Shown: positions 15,721 to 24,791, counted from the stretch's first letter. The stretch: 32,000 nt of DNA from Schaalia odontolytica (GCF_005696695.1 NZ_CP040006.1:180001-212000); one strand, 5' to 3'. Translations and numbers: made by a program. Notes: a model not told the origin generated them from the sequence alone.

Positions 15721-16824
15721 TCAGGACGAGTGGGTGTCGGGTGTGGCCTCGAAGGCCAGTGCGAGCGTCCACGTGGAGCCCGACGCGCCCCAGGTGAGCG
15801 TGCCCTCGTCGCCGACAAGCTCGGACAGGCCCGCGAGCCCCGAGCCGGATCCCGCGCTCGACGCGGCGTAGGCAGCCGAGTAGCCGTCGTTGGTGACGGT
15901 CACGCCGCCAGGGGAGAGGCGAATGCGAACCCACGACGGGTGCGCGTGCAGGATCGCGTTCGTGACGCCCTCACGAATCACGTGGGCGGCCGCGGCCGAA
16001 TGTGGACCCGACGGCGGTTCGCCCTCGCTGGCGATGTCGGCGTCGATGCGCGCGACCTCCAGGAGGGCGCGGGCCTCCTCAAGCTCCTCGACGGGGGACA
16101 GGGCCCGCGTAGCCGCCACGATACGGCGGACGTCAGCCAAGGCCTCGTTCGACTGCGCGGTGACCGCGCGCAGCTGCTCGCGCGCCTCCTCCACGCGCCC
16201 CGCCTCCAGGAGGCGACCCGCCAGCTCGGATACCATCGTGACTCCCGTCAGCGAGTGTCCCAGGATATCGTGCAGATCCGTGCTCAGGCGCGCCCGTTCG
16301 GCGGCCTTCGCGCGCTGAATCGCGTCCTGGCGGCGCAGGCGTTCACGGGTCGAGCGCTCCATGCCCCAGCGGGCCATACCGACGAAGCCGATGAGGAGGG
16401 CCAGGTACCAGATCATCCACAGTGGCTCTCCCTCTGTGTAGGCGGCCACGCCCGCGATGGCGACGATCGGCACGACGCCCGCGACAATGTATCTGCTTGG
16501 CGCCTGGAAGATCCAAGCGACCAACAGATACGACGTCAGCATGAACGCGTACGGGAAACCGACGGCGGTCGCGTAGACGAGGTAGATGGCCGTCGCTGCG
16601 GCCAGCGCCGCGTGGGAGAGGATGAACGGCCTCGTGAAGGAGTTGCGCGCGGGCAGAGGATTGGCCAGCCACGCCGCCGAGTTAGCCGCCGCGAGGAGGG
16701 CGCACAGCCCGATGATGCCCACGCGCTGGGCCGTGTCCGTCAACTCCAGGGCGTAGGCCAGGGGGAAGCCCATGAACAGCATCCACGGGGCCGCCCACGC
16801 CAGGGAGATCAAGCGCTCCTTCAT
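15721..16824 (-). CDS. Sensor histidine kinase, HisKA_3 type, multi-TM intramembrane-sensing N-terminus
   Basis: The H-box is RARLSTDLHDILGHSLTGV. The N-terminal 150 aa or so are almost entirely hydrophobic helices with no large extracytoplasmic loop. The C-terminal region is HATPase-like (REGVTNAILHA, GSGSGLAGL). Confidence 0.9.
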   Translation of the reverse strand: MKERLISLAWAAPWMLFMGFPLAYALELTDTAQRVGIIGLCALLAAANSAAWLANPLPARNSFTRPFILSHAALAAATAIYLVYATAVGFPYAFMLTSYLLVAWIFQAPSRYIVAGVVPIVAIAGVAAYTEGEPLWMIWYLALLIGFVGMARWGMERSTRERLRRQDAIQRAKAAERARLSTDLHDILGHSLTGVTMVSELAGRLLEAGRVEEAREQLRAVTAQSNEALADVRRIVAATRALSPVEELEEARALLEVARIDADIASEGEPPSGPHSAAAAHVIREGVTNAILHAHPSWVRIRLSPGGVTVTNDGYSAAYAASSAGSGSGLAGLSELVGDEGTLTWGASGSTWTLALAFEATPDTHSS

Positions 16825-16833
16825 GGCAACAGC

Positions 16834-17622
16834 CTATCGACCCGTGTCGTGGGACGCGCCCCACCAGGCGATGCCGGCCGTGATGACCGCCCACCCGGCG
16901 ATGTTGAGCCACGCGGCGGTCGGCATCGTCACGGTTCCGGCGACGGCGTAGATCGCCTGGACGGCGCCGTACAGAGGCGTGAAGGGCGCGATCTGTGCGA
17001 CGAAGGGCGGCAGCTGGTCCAGCGGGATGAACATGCCGGACACGAACGCGCCCATCAGCATGACGAATGCGGAGGCGCTGTAGGCGTTCTCACCCTTGAT
17101 CGTGTATCCGCAGGCCAGGCCAATGAGCGCACCCAGGGCCGACAGGGCGACGACGACCGCGGCGCTGGCCGCCCACGCACCCGGGGTCATCTGCGCGCCC
17201 GTGGCCAGGCCAAAGCTGAACGTGATGAGCGTGATGAACGCGCTCAGCGCCACGAGGGCCGTGAGACGCACGAGGAGAATGACCCACGGCTGGATGGGGG
17301 TCAGCGCGTACATGCGCGAGATGCCGGTCGTGCGCTCGACGGACAGCGTCGCGCCGAGCGAGCCTCCGACCAGGATGACGCCGTACGTGGTCATCATCGC
17401 GATCATCGCGGCAGCCAGGTTCCCGCGCCCGGTCTGGGTTGCGCGCGCGACATCGGTCATGCCGAACATCGCGTACATGAACATGGGGAGTAGCAGGGCA
17501 AACGCCATGTTCCACGGGTTGAGGATGTGGGAGCGGAACGTCGAGAGCCACAGCTTGCCCGCTCCGGTGAAGGGGGAGGGAATCGGTCGGTCGGTGGGAC
17601 GCGTGGGTGCCTGGGTGGTCAT
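16834..17622 (-). CDS. ABC-2 type exporter permease
   Basis: Six hydrophobic segments give a typical ABC-2 layout downstream of the ATPase. I prefer the ATG at 17620-17622 (SD-like GAAGAAGG). The alternative GTG at 17730 (GTGA overlap with the ATPase stop) adds 36 low-complexity codons with depressed GC3 and an embedded hairpin. Confidence 0.8.
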   Translation of the reverse strand: MTTQAPTRPTDRPIPSPFTGAGKLWLSTFRSHILNPWNMAFALLLPMFMYAMFGMTDVARATQTGRGNLAAAMIAMMTTYGVILVGGSLGATLSVERTTGISRMYALTPIQPWVILLVRLTALVALSAFITLITFSFGLATGAQMTPGAWAASAAVVVALSALGALIGLACGYTIKGENAYSASAFVMLMGAFVSGMFIPLDQLPPFVAQIAPFTPLYGAVQAIYAVAGTVTMPTAAWLNIAGWAVITAGIAWWGASHDTGR

Positions 17623-17675
17623 GATGCCTTCTTCGTGTGTCGTGTCTGCGTTCGTGGGGCGGGGGCCTCGGCGTC

Positions 17676-17692
17676 GGCCTCGGGACGAGGCC
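17676..17692. other. Short GC hairpin (GGCCTCG-GGA-CGAGGCC) carrying a copy of the recurrent 14-mer
   Basis: The stem is 7 bp with a 3-nt loop. It overlaps GACGAGGCCGGGGC at 17684-17697 and lies between the ABC ATPase stop and the preferred permease start. Confidence 0.4.
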
Positions 17693-17726
17693 GGGGCTGG
17701 CTCATCGGGACGGGCGTTGGTTGCGC

Positions 17727-18449
17727 TCACTCGGTGTCGGCGTGGGAGGTGATGCGCTCGAAGACGTCTTCGAGGTCCTCGTTGTCGGCGACGACCTGCT
17801 CGGTGGGAGCGTCCAGGAGGACCTTGCCGGCATCGATGATGACGATGCGGTCGGCGTCCTTGCGAGCTTCGGTCAGGTAGTGCGTGGCGAAGAGGAGCGT
17901 GCGGCCCTCCGCGGCCTCGGCGCGCATCGTCTCCCAGAAGGCGCGGCGGGCGAGAGCGTCCATGCCGGCGGTCGGCTCGTCGAGGATCAGGAAGTCCGGG
18001 TTGCCGGCCAGTGCGAGGGCGAGGCGCACGCGCTGGCGCTCGCCGCCGGACAGCTTGTCGAGGGGGCGCTTGGCCAGCTTGGTGAGGTTCGTGCGTTCGA
18101 GGAGCTCGTCGGTGGGGATCGGGTTGGCGTGCATTGCGGCGACCAGGTCAATCGTGTTGCGGACCTTCCCGTCGCGCGGCATCGATCCGGTCTGAAGCAT
18201 CGCGCTCACGAGGGAGCGGCGCACGGCCTCGCGCGGGCTCATGCCGTAGACGCTGATGTCGCCCTGGGTGGGGGTGGCCAGGCCGAGGACGATGTCCAGG
18301 AAAGTGCTCTTGCCCGCGCCGTTGACGCCAAGGAGCGCCACGATCTCGCCGGGCATGAGGGTCAGGTTCACGCCGCGCAGCGCGTCGACGTGGCCGAAAG
18401 ACTGGTGAATGTTCGTCGCCTGGAGGGCGGGCGTTGCTTCTGCGTTCAT
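17727..18449 (-). CDS. ABC transporter ATP-binding protein (ABC-2/daunorubicin-resistance-like)
   Basis: Walker A GVNGAGKST, signature LSGGERQRV and Walker B FLILDEPTAGMD. ATG at 18447-18449. Confidence 0.93.
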   Translation of the reverse strand: MNAEATPALQATNIHQSFGHVDALRGVNLTLMPGEIVALLGVNGAGKSTFLDIVLGLATPTQGDISVYGMSPREAVRRSLVSAMLQTGSMPRDGKVRNTIDLVAAMHANPIPTDELLERTNLTKLAKRPLDKLSGGERQRVRLALALAGNPDFLILDEPTAGMDALARRAFWETMRAEAAEGRTLLFATHYLTEARKDADRIVIIDAGKVLLDAPTEQVVADNEDLEDVFERITSHADTE

Positions 18450-18541
18450 GGCTCCCAGTCTGCGCCCGTATTAATGGTGCCGGAAGTGCCCTTTGATGCA
18501 GGTGGTGCCATGACAAATGTCAGGGGTGGCCTCTTCCAAAA

Positions 18542-18648
18542 GTCGCACGTAATTTAATGCGGTCACTTTTTGAGATAGCCTGCAAACGTTGCAATTCCAA
18601 TGATGGTAATTCAGCCTGTGAAGCAGTCGTCGGGGAATTACGTGCGAC
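18542..18648 (+). repeat. A-type element copy A2 (107 nt)
   Basis: GTCGCACGTAATT at 18542-18554 is the reverse complement of AATTACGTGCGAC at 18636-18648. It shares the GGTCACTTTTTGAG and TGCAAACGTTGCAAT blocks with A1 and A3. Confidence 0.85.
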
Positions 18649-18656
18649 ATTGCTTA

Positions 18657-18805
18657 GGAGGGCCTGGCTGCGGTGCCCGTGGGCGGTGGCGGGGCATGGC
18701 CGGGCTTCGAGACGACGCGCCGAGCCGAAGGCTCGCGGGCGGGCCGCCGCCCACGGGCACACCAAGCAGCTCGGCCCGCCAGGGCACACAAGCGCCCGGA
18801 ACACC
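18657..18805 (-). repeat. B-type GC-rich repeat, copy B2 (inverted relative to B1/B3)
   Basis: The reverse complement of 18679-18725 matches 31902-31948 at 46/47 positions. The internal long helix is CCCGTGGGCGGTGGC (18676-18690) paired with GCCGCCGCCCACGGG (18744-18758). Confidence 0.85.
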
Positions 18806-18840
18806 CGTGGGGCTCCAAGCAACCCGCCAGCACACAGCGA

Positions 18841-18872
18841 GGGGCCCGAAGCGCCGCAGCGCCTCGGGCCCC
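18841..18872 (-). terminator. Stem-loop terminator of the peptide-transporter operon
   Basis: GGGGCCCGAAGCGC and GCGCCTCGGGCCCC form a 14-bp stem with one mismatch and a 4-nt loop, 23 nt downstream of the stop at 18895 on the minus strand. Confidence 0.6.
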
Positions 18873-18894
18873 CACACTCGCGTGTGTCAGTTGC

Positions 18895-20808
18895 TCACAG
18901 GTTGAGCTGGATGTTGCGGCCGGGGACGGCCTCGATCAGCTCGCGCGTGTAGTCCTGGACCGGGTTGTTGAACAGCTCGTCCGTCGAGTTGGCCTCGACG
19001 AGCTTGCCCTTCTCCATGACGATCACGTCGTCGGCGATCTGGCGGACAACGGCCAGGTCGTGCGTGATGAACAGGTAGGACAGGCCCAGCTGCGCCTGCA
19101 GGTCGTTGAGCAGGTACAGGATCTGGTTCTGCACCAGCACGTCGAGCGCGGACACGGCCTCGTCCAGGACGATAACCTCCGGGTTAAGCGCGAGGGCGCG
19201 GGCCACGGCCACGCGCTGGCGCTGGCCGCCGGAGAGCTCGTTCGGGTAGCGGCGCATGGCGCTACGCGGCAGGGCCACCATGTCGAGCAGCTCGGAAGCG
19301 CGCGCGATGCGCAGCTTCTTCGGGTTGAACTCGCGCTTCTCGGCGGCGGTCAGCGAACGCTTCGTGTCGGCGGCCTCGACGAGGACGCGCATCCACTCCT
19401 CGGGGTCGCGGCCCGTGGCCTCGGCGCGCTTGATTTCGGCGCGAGCGTACTCCAGGGTGCCGTAGCCGTGGATCTTCAGGGGCTCCTCGATCAGTCGGTA
19501 GATCGAGAACATGGGATCCAGCGAGCCGTAGGGGTTCTGGAACACGGCCTGGAGGCGGCGGCGCAGGCGGAAGAGTTCCGCCTCGCTCATCTGCGAGGTG
19601 TCCTCACCGTCGAAGTAGACCTTGCCCTTGGTGGGCTTGAGGAGCTGCAGCACCATGTTCGCGGCGGTGGACTTGCCGGAGCCGGACTCACCGACGACCG
19701 CGAGGGTCGTGCCGCGGCGCAGTTCGAAGGACACGTCGTCGACGGCCAGGAAGGTGTCCTGGCCCTTCTTGGCGCCGCGGATGTCGAATTCCTTGGTGAG
19801 GTGCTCGGCGCGAATAATGGCGTCCGTGGAGGTCGCACCCTTGCCGGCGCCGACGAGCTCTTCCTCGGTGACCGAGATGCCCTGCTTGTGAGCGGACTCG
19901 ATGCGCGCGGAGGCCAGGGAGGGCGCGGCGGACACGAGGCGCTTCGTGTAGGGGTGCTGGGGGTGCTGGAGGATCTCCAGGGCGGGGCCGGATTCGACGA
20001 TGCGGCCGCGGTGCATGACGACGAGCTGCTCGGCGCGCTCGGCGGCCAGGCCGAGGTCGTGCGTAATGAACAGCACGGCGGTGCCCATCTCGGAGGTGAG
20101 CTTGCCGAGGTGGTCGAGGATGCGGCGCTGGACGGTGACGTCGAGGGCGGAGGTCGGCTCGTCGGCGATCAGCAGCTTGGGGTGCGCGGCCATGCCGATG
20201 GCGATGAGGGCGCGCTGGCGCATGCCGCCGGAGAACTCGTGCGGGTACTGCTTGGCGCGGCGTTCGGCGTCGGGCAGGCCGGCCTCCTCGAGGAGGGCGG
20301 TGACGCGCTGGCCGACCTCGGAGCGGGGCACGACGTTGTTCGCGATGAGGGCTTCCTTGACCTGCGTGCCCACGCGGAGCACGGGGTTGAGGTTACTCAT
20401 CGGGTCCTGGGGGACGAGGCCGATGCCGGATCCGCGCAGCTCCACCCACTGCTTGGTGGACAGGTGGGTGATGTCGCGGCCGTCGAACTCGATCTTTCCG
20501 CCCGCGACCTTGCCGGTGCCGGGCAGCAGGCCGATGACGGCGGCGGCGGTCGTGGACTTACCGGAGCCGGACTCGCCGACGATTGCGACGGTCTGGCCGG
20601 GGTAGATGGTCAGGTTCGCGCCGCGCACGGCGGGGACGACGCCGGTCGAGGAGGTGAAGGTGACCTCCAGGTCCGTGATCTTGAGCAGGGGCTGCGCGTC
20701 GTCCGGGTGGACGTTGGACGAGGCCGGGGCCGCGCTGGGGGCGACGGCTCGTTCGACGACCTCTTCCATCTCCTTCTCGGAGAGCTGGGGGGTGTTCGTT
20801 TCGCTCAC
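18895..20808 (-). CDS. Fused dual-ATPase of a Dpp/Opp-type peptide ABC importer (DppD-DppF fusion, 637 aa)
   Basis: Two complete ABC cassettes: Walker A GESGSGKST twice, and signatures FSGGMRQR and LSGGQRQR. The GTG start overlaps the upstream permease stop (GTGA). Confidence 0.92.
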   Translation of the reverse strand: MSETNTPQLSEKEMEEVVERAVAPSAAPASSNVHPDDAQPLLKITDLEVTFTSSTGVVPAVRGANLTIYPGQTVAIVGESGSGKSTTAAAVIGLLPGTGKVAGGKIEFDGRDITHLSTKQWVELRGSGIGLVPQDPMSNLNPVLRVGTQVKEALIANNVVPRSEVGQRVTALLEEAGLPDAERRAKQYPHEFSGGMRQRALIAIGMAAHPKLLIADEPTSALDVTVQRRILDHLGKLTSEMGTAVLFITHDLGLAAERAEQLVVMHRGRIVESGPALEILQHPQHPYTKRLVSAAPSLASARIESAHKQGISVTEEELVGAGKGATSTDAIIRAEHLTKEFDIRGAKKGQDTFLAVDDVSFELRRGTTLAVVGESGSGKSTAANMVLQLLKPTKGKVYFDGEDTSQMSEAELFRLRRRLQAVFQNPYGSLDPMFSIYRLIEEPLKIHGYGTLEYARAEIKRAEATGRDPEEWMRVLVEAADTKRSLTAAEKREFNPKKLRIARASELLDMVALPRSAMRRYPNELSGGQRQRVAVARALALNPEVIVLDEAVSALDVLVQNQILYLLNDLQAQLGLSYLFITHDLAVVRQIADDVIVMEKGKLVEANSTDELFNNPVQDYTRELIEAVPGRNIQLNL

Positions 20809-21773
20809 TTGCGTGCCTTCGGGTCGAGGGCTTCGCGCACGGCGTCGCCCATCATGATGAAGCTGAGGACGGTCAGGGCCAGGGCCGAGGCCGGGTAGAA
20901 CAGGACCATCGGGTTGGTGCGCAGGGACGTCTGGGCGGCCGAGATGTCAGCGCCCCAGGAGACGACCGAGGTCGGCAGGCCGATGCCCATGAAGGACAGG
21001 GAGGCCTCGGACACGATGAAGGTGCCCAGTGCGACGGTTGCGTACACGATGATGGGGGCCATCGAGTTCGGGATGATGTGGCTCATGAGGATGCGTGCGC
21101 GGGATGCGCCGGTCGCGCGGGCCGCAGTGACGAACTCTTCGTTCTTGGCGCTTAGGACCGAACCGCGGGTGATGCGCGCGATGGAGGTCCAGCCGAACAT
21201 GGACAGCACGATGACGACCATGAGGATGGAGCGCGAGCCCTTGAACATCTGCATGAACACGATGGCGGCGAGGAGCAGTGGGATCGCGAAGAACACGTCG
21301 GTGATGCGCGAGAGCAGCGCGTCGAACCAGCCGCCGAAGTAGCCGGCGAGGGCACCGACGGTGCCGCCGATCAGGACGACCGCGATGGTCGTGAGGATGC
21401 CGACGGACACGGATGCGCGGGCGCCGTAGACGACGCGGGCGTAGATGTCGCAGCCCTGCTTGTCGAAGCCGAAGGGGTGGCCGGCGGTGGGTCCTGCCAG
21501 GGAGGAGGACAGTTCGCAGAACTTCGGGTCGGTCGAGGTGAACAGCGACGGGAAGAGTGCGAGGAGCGCGGCGACCAGGATGATGAACGCGGCGATCCAG
21601 AAGGTCGGGCGGCGGCGCAGGCGCTTCCAGGCCTCGCCCCACATGGACGAGGGGGCACCCTCGTCAGCGACCGCGTCGACGGCACCGAGGCCGGTCTCGT
21701 CGATGTCGGAGACGTAGTGGTCCTGGCCCGCGCGGGTGCGGGTGATGTTGGCGGAAGGAATCTGGTCACTCAT
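20805..21773 (-). CDS. Peptide ABC importer permease (DppC/OppC-like)
   Basis: BPD-transporter EAA region EFVTAARATGASRARILMSHIIPN, with 6 TM segments. ATG at 21771-21773, an 8-nt overlap with the upstream gene. Confidence 0.92.
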   Translation of the reverse strand: MSDQIPSANITRTRAGQDHYVSDIDETGLGAVDAVADEGAPSSMWGEAWKRLRRRPTFWIAAFIILVAALLALFPSLFTSTDPKFCELSSSLAGPTAGHPFGFDKQGCDIYARVVYGARASVSVGILTTIAVVLIGGTVGALAGYFGGWFDALLSRITDVFFAIPLLLAAIVFMQMFKGSRSILMVVIVLSMFGWTSIARITRGSVLSAKNEEFVTAARATGASRARILMSHIIPNSMAPIIVYATVALGTFIVSEASLSFMGIGLPTSVVSWGADISAAQTSLRTNPMVLFYPASALALTVLSFIMMGDAVREALDPKARK

Positions 21774-22692
21774 AGCGGATCCTCGGGTCGAGCACGGCGT
21801 ACAGGAGGTCGACGATCAGGTTCGCGATGATGTAGACCAGCACGAGCACTGTTGTCACTGACACAACGGTCTGGGGTTCGCCCTTGATGATGGCGCTCCA
21901 CAGGGTGCCGCCGACGCCGTGGATGTTGAAGATGCCCTCGGTGATGATCGCGCCACCCATGAGGGCGCCGAGGTCGCCGCCGATGAACGTGGCGACGGGG
22001 ATGAGGGAGTTACGCAGGATGTGGCGCGTCATGACGATGCCGCCGGAGAGGCCCTTGGCGCGTGCGGTGCGCACGTAGTCCGCAGAGACGTTCTCAGAGA
22101 CGGACTGGCGGGTCAGGCGGATGACATATGCCAAGGAGACGCCGCCGAGCACCATGGCTGGCATGGTGAGGCTGCGTAGGTCGACGGAGGCCGAGGCCGT
22201 GGTCGGCAGGATTGCCAGCTGCACGCCCAGGACGTACTGGAGGACGAAGCCCAGGACGAAGGTGGGGACAGAGATCAGCAGCAGGGAGACAACGAGGATG
22301 GTGGAGTCGAACCACTTGCCGCGGCGCATGCCCGCGACGACGCCAAGGCTAATACCGAGGACGGTTTCGATGGCGAGGGCGTAGAGGGCGAGCTTCGCGG
22401 TCGTCGGGAAGGCGGTCGCCATGATAGACGTAACCTTCTGGCCGTTGAACGCGGTGCCAAAGTCGAGGGTGAAGACTCCCTTGAGGTACAGCAGGTACTG
22501 CATCCAGAAGGGCTTGTCCAGGTTGTACTGGGCGCGGATCTGCGCGGCGGCGGCCTCGGAGAGACCGCGGTCGCCACCGAGTGCGGCGACGGGGTCACCT
22601 GGCATCAGGTAGACCATCGCGAAGATCAGAAAGGTGGCTCCGAAGAAGACCGGGATGGTCTGGAGGAGTCGCCGTCCGATGTAGCGGAGCAT
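21766..22692 (-). CDS. Peptide ABC importer permease (DppB/OppB-like)
   Basis: MLRYIGRRLLQ is the canonical N-terminus, and the EAA region is DYVRTARAKGLSGGIVMTRHILRNS. The ATG at 22690-22692 is preceded by AAAGGA. The ORF-track TTG at 22698 is two codons upstream. Confidence 0.92.
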   Translation of the reverse strand: MLRYIGRRLLQTIPVFFGATFLIFAMVYLMPGDPVAALGGDRGLSEAAAAQIRAQYNLDKPFWMQYLLYLKGVFTLDFGTAFNGQKVTSIMATAFPTTAKLALYALAIETVLGISLGVVAGMRRGKWFDSTILVVSLLLISVPTFVLGFVLQYVLGVQLAILPTTASASVDLRSLTMPAMVLGGVSLAYVIRLTRQSVSENVSADYVRTARAKGLSGGIVMTRHILRNSLIPVATFIGGDLGALMGGAIITEGIFNIHGVGGTLWSAIIKGEPQTVVSVTTVLVLVYIIANLIVDLLYAVLDPRIRYE

Positions 22693-22944
22693 GGACAATC
22701 CTTTAGTGTTCGTGTCGTGGGAGGGGAGGTTCCGATCCCTGGCGGAGCCTCGCGGACGAGGCCGACTATGGTCCCATCATAGGGTAAAGAATGGGCAAAT
22801 GGCGCATCGGTCTCTCAATTTGTCTGCCGTATCAACTCCGTGATGCTGTTTTGAGATGAAAGTGTGTCCCGCGTCAATGCGGGTGGGTAGTGCGTTGCTG
22901 AGCTGCGTTGATGTGTGTGTGGGGCTGTCGACAAGAGATGCGCG

Positions 22945-22974
22945 AGGGGCGGGCGGCTTTCGCCGCCCGCCCCT
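22945..22974 (-). terminator. Strong GC stem-loop after the peptide-binding-protein gene
   Basis: AGGGGCGGGCGGC-TTTC-GCCGCCCGCCCCT forms a 13-bp perfect stem, 24 nt downstream of the stop at 22998. There is no U-tract. Confidence 0.6.
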
Positions 22975-22997
22975 GAAGCGAGGTTAACCTCGTGCGA

Positions 22998-24596
22998 TCA
23001 CTTCTTGGTGATCTGGTACATCACGGGCTGACCCTTCCAGTCGAACTTGACGTTGTCGACGTTCTTGGACCATGCGCCGTTGACGTTGGTGTACCACAGG
23101 GGCACAGCCGGCATGTCGCGCAGCAGGATGGTCTGGGCCTGCTCGAGGATCTTCGCGGCCTCGGCAGCGCTGGTGGCGGAGGACGCCTGGGTCACCAGGG
23201 AATCGAACTCGCTGTTGGAGTACTTACCCTTGTTGGCGTCGGCACCGGTGGCGTACTGGGGCTGCAGGAAGTTGTACAGCGCCGGGTAGTCGCCCTGCCA
23301 GCCGTTACGGAACGCGCCGGTCATCTCACCCTTGTCCTCTGCGTCGAGCAGGGACTTGAAGTCGGCGAAGGGGTTGCCTTCGGCGGCGATGCCCAGGGTG
23401 TTCTTGATGGAGTTAGTGGTCGCGTCGACCCATTCCTTGTGGCCACCGTCAGAGTTGTAGGCGATGGTGAAGGTGCCGTCCCACGGGGAGATGGCGTCGG
23501 CCTTTGCCCACAGTTCCTTGGCCTTCTCGGGGTTGTAGGTCAGGACCTCGTTGCCGGAGAGGTTGGCGTCGTAGCCCTCGAGCGTCGGGGCGGTGAAGTC
23601 CTTGGAGGGGGTGCGGGTGCCGTTGAAGATGGTCTTCACGATGGTGTCACGGTCGATGGCCATGGAGATGGCCTGGCGACGCAGCTGGCCTTCCTCACCG
23701 GAGAAGTGGGGCAGGTACTGCGGGATCGTGAAGTACTGGGCGCCAGCGTAGGGCTGGTTGACGGTGCGGCCGGAGAGCTCGGACTCGTAGGTGGCGAACA
23801 CGGAGGCCGGCACGCCATCAAGGACGTCCAGGGAGTCGGAGGACATGTCCTGGTAGGCGGCGTCGAGGCTCGAGTAGAAGACGAAGGTCACGCCCTCGTT
23901 CTGGGCCTTGGTGTCGCCCACGTAGTTCTCGTTGGGGACGGCGGTGAACTTGACGTTGTGCTCCCACGCGTCGGCCGAGGCCATCTTGTAGGGGCCGTTG
24001 CCAACGGGCGCCTGGCCGCCGGCCTCGGGGTTCTCCAGGGTCGAGTCCGGGAGCGGCGCGTAGGCGACGTAGCCCAGGCGGGACATGAAGTCCGAAGTGG
24101 GGTTCTTCAGCTTTGCGGTGAAGGTGTAGTCGTCGACCTCGGTCAGGCCGGTGATCTCGCCGTTACCCTCGTCGTCGGTGCCCTCGAAGATGCTGAAGAA
24201 GGCAGCCTGCTGCTGCTGCTTCGAGGTGATCAGGTTCCAGGCCTTGATGAAGTTGTGGGCCTGGACGGGGGTTCCGTCGGAGAACTTGCGGTCATTGTGG
24301 AGCTTGATGGTCCACTCGGATGCGTCCTCGTTGGGCTCGATGGACTCGGCGACGTCGAGGACGGCCTTGCCGTCAACGTCGTAGCGGACGAGCTGGCTGA
24401 ACAGGACGGTCAGGATCTTGCCGCCGCCGTTCTCGTTGGTCAGGCCCGGCAGGAGCGGGTTCTGGGGCTCGGAGCCGTTCACGGTGACGACCTTGTCGGC
24501 GGAGCCGGACGAGGACGTGGAGCCGCCGCCGGCGCAGGCGGTCAGAGCGAGCGCAGCAGCCGCGGGGATGACGAGCCATGCCTTCTTCAGGTTCAT
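22998..24596 (-). CDS. Peptide ABC importer substrate-binding lipoprotein (SBP family 5, OppA/DppA-like)
   Basis: MNLKKAWLVIPAAAALALTACAGGGS is a lipoprotein signal with the lipobox LTAC. The ATG at 24594-24596 is preceded by AGGAGGAAG. The ORF-track start at 24698 adds 34 unsupported residues. Confidence 0.9.
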   Translation of the reverse strand: MNLKKAWLVIPAAAALALTACAGGGSTSSSGSADKVVTVNGSEPQNPLLPGLTNENGGGKILTVLFSQLVRYDVDGKAVLDVAESIEPNEDASEWTIKLHNDRKFSDGTPVQAHNFIKAWNLITSKQQQQAAFFSIFEGTDDEGNGEITGLTEVDDYTFTAKLKNPTSDFMSRLGYVAYAPLPDSTLENPEAGGQAPVGNGPYKMASADAWEHNVKFTAVPNENYVGDTKAQNEGVTFVFYSSLDAAYQDMSSDSLDVLDGVPASVFATYESELSGRTVNQPYAGAQYFTIPQYLPHFSGEEGQLRRQAISMAIDRDTIVKTIFNGTRTPSKDFTAPTLEGYDANLSGNEVLTYNPEKAKELWAKADAISPWDGTFTIAYNSDGGHKEWVDATTNSIKNTLGIAAEGNPFADFKSLLDAEDKGEMTGAFRNGWQGDYPALYNFLQPQYATGADANKGKYSNSEFDSLVTQASSATSAAEAAKILEQAQTILLRDMPAVPLWYTNVNGAWSKNVDNVKFDWKGQPVMYQITKK

Positions 24597-24791
24597 GGAT
24601 TCTTCCTCCTGGTTGATGGGTGGAACTGGGGGCGGTGCCCTCAGGTATGGTCCGAGAGTAACCCCTGAGGCCTGGAAGATACGAAAGATGTCCATCATGT
24701 GCGCATTACATTTTGGTTACAAACGTAAAAAGAAGGTCAAATAATGGTGTGAGTCACATAAAAGTGGGTCTGTTGTGACCAACTATTCATG

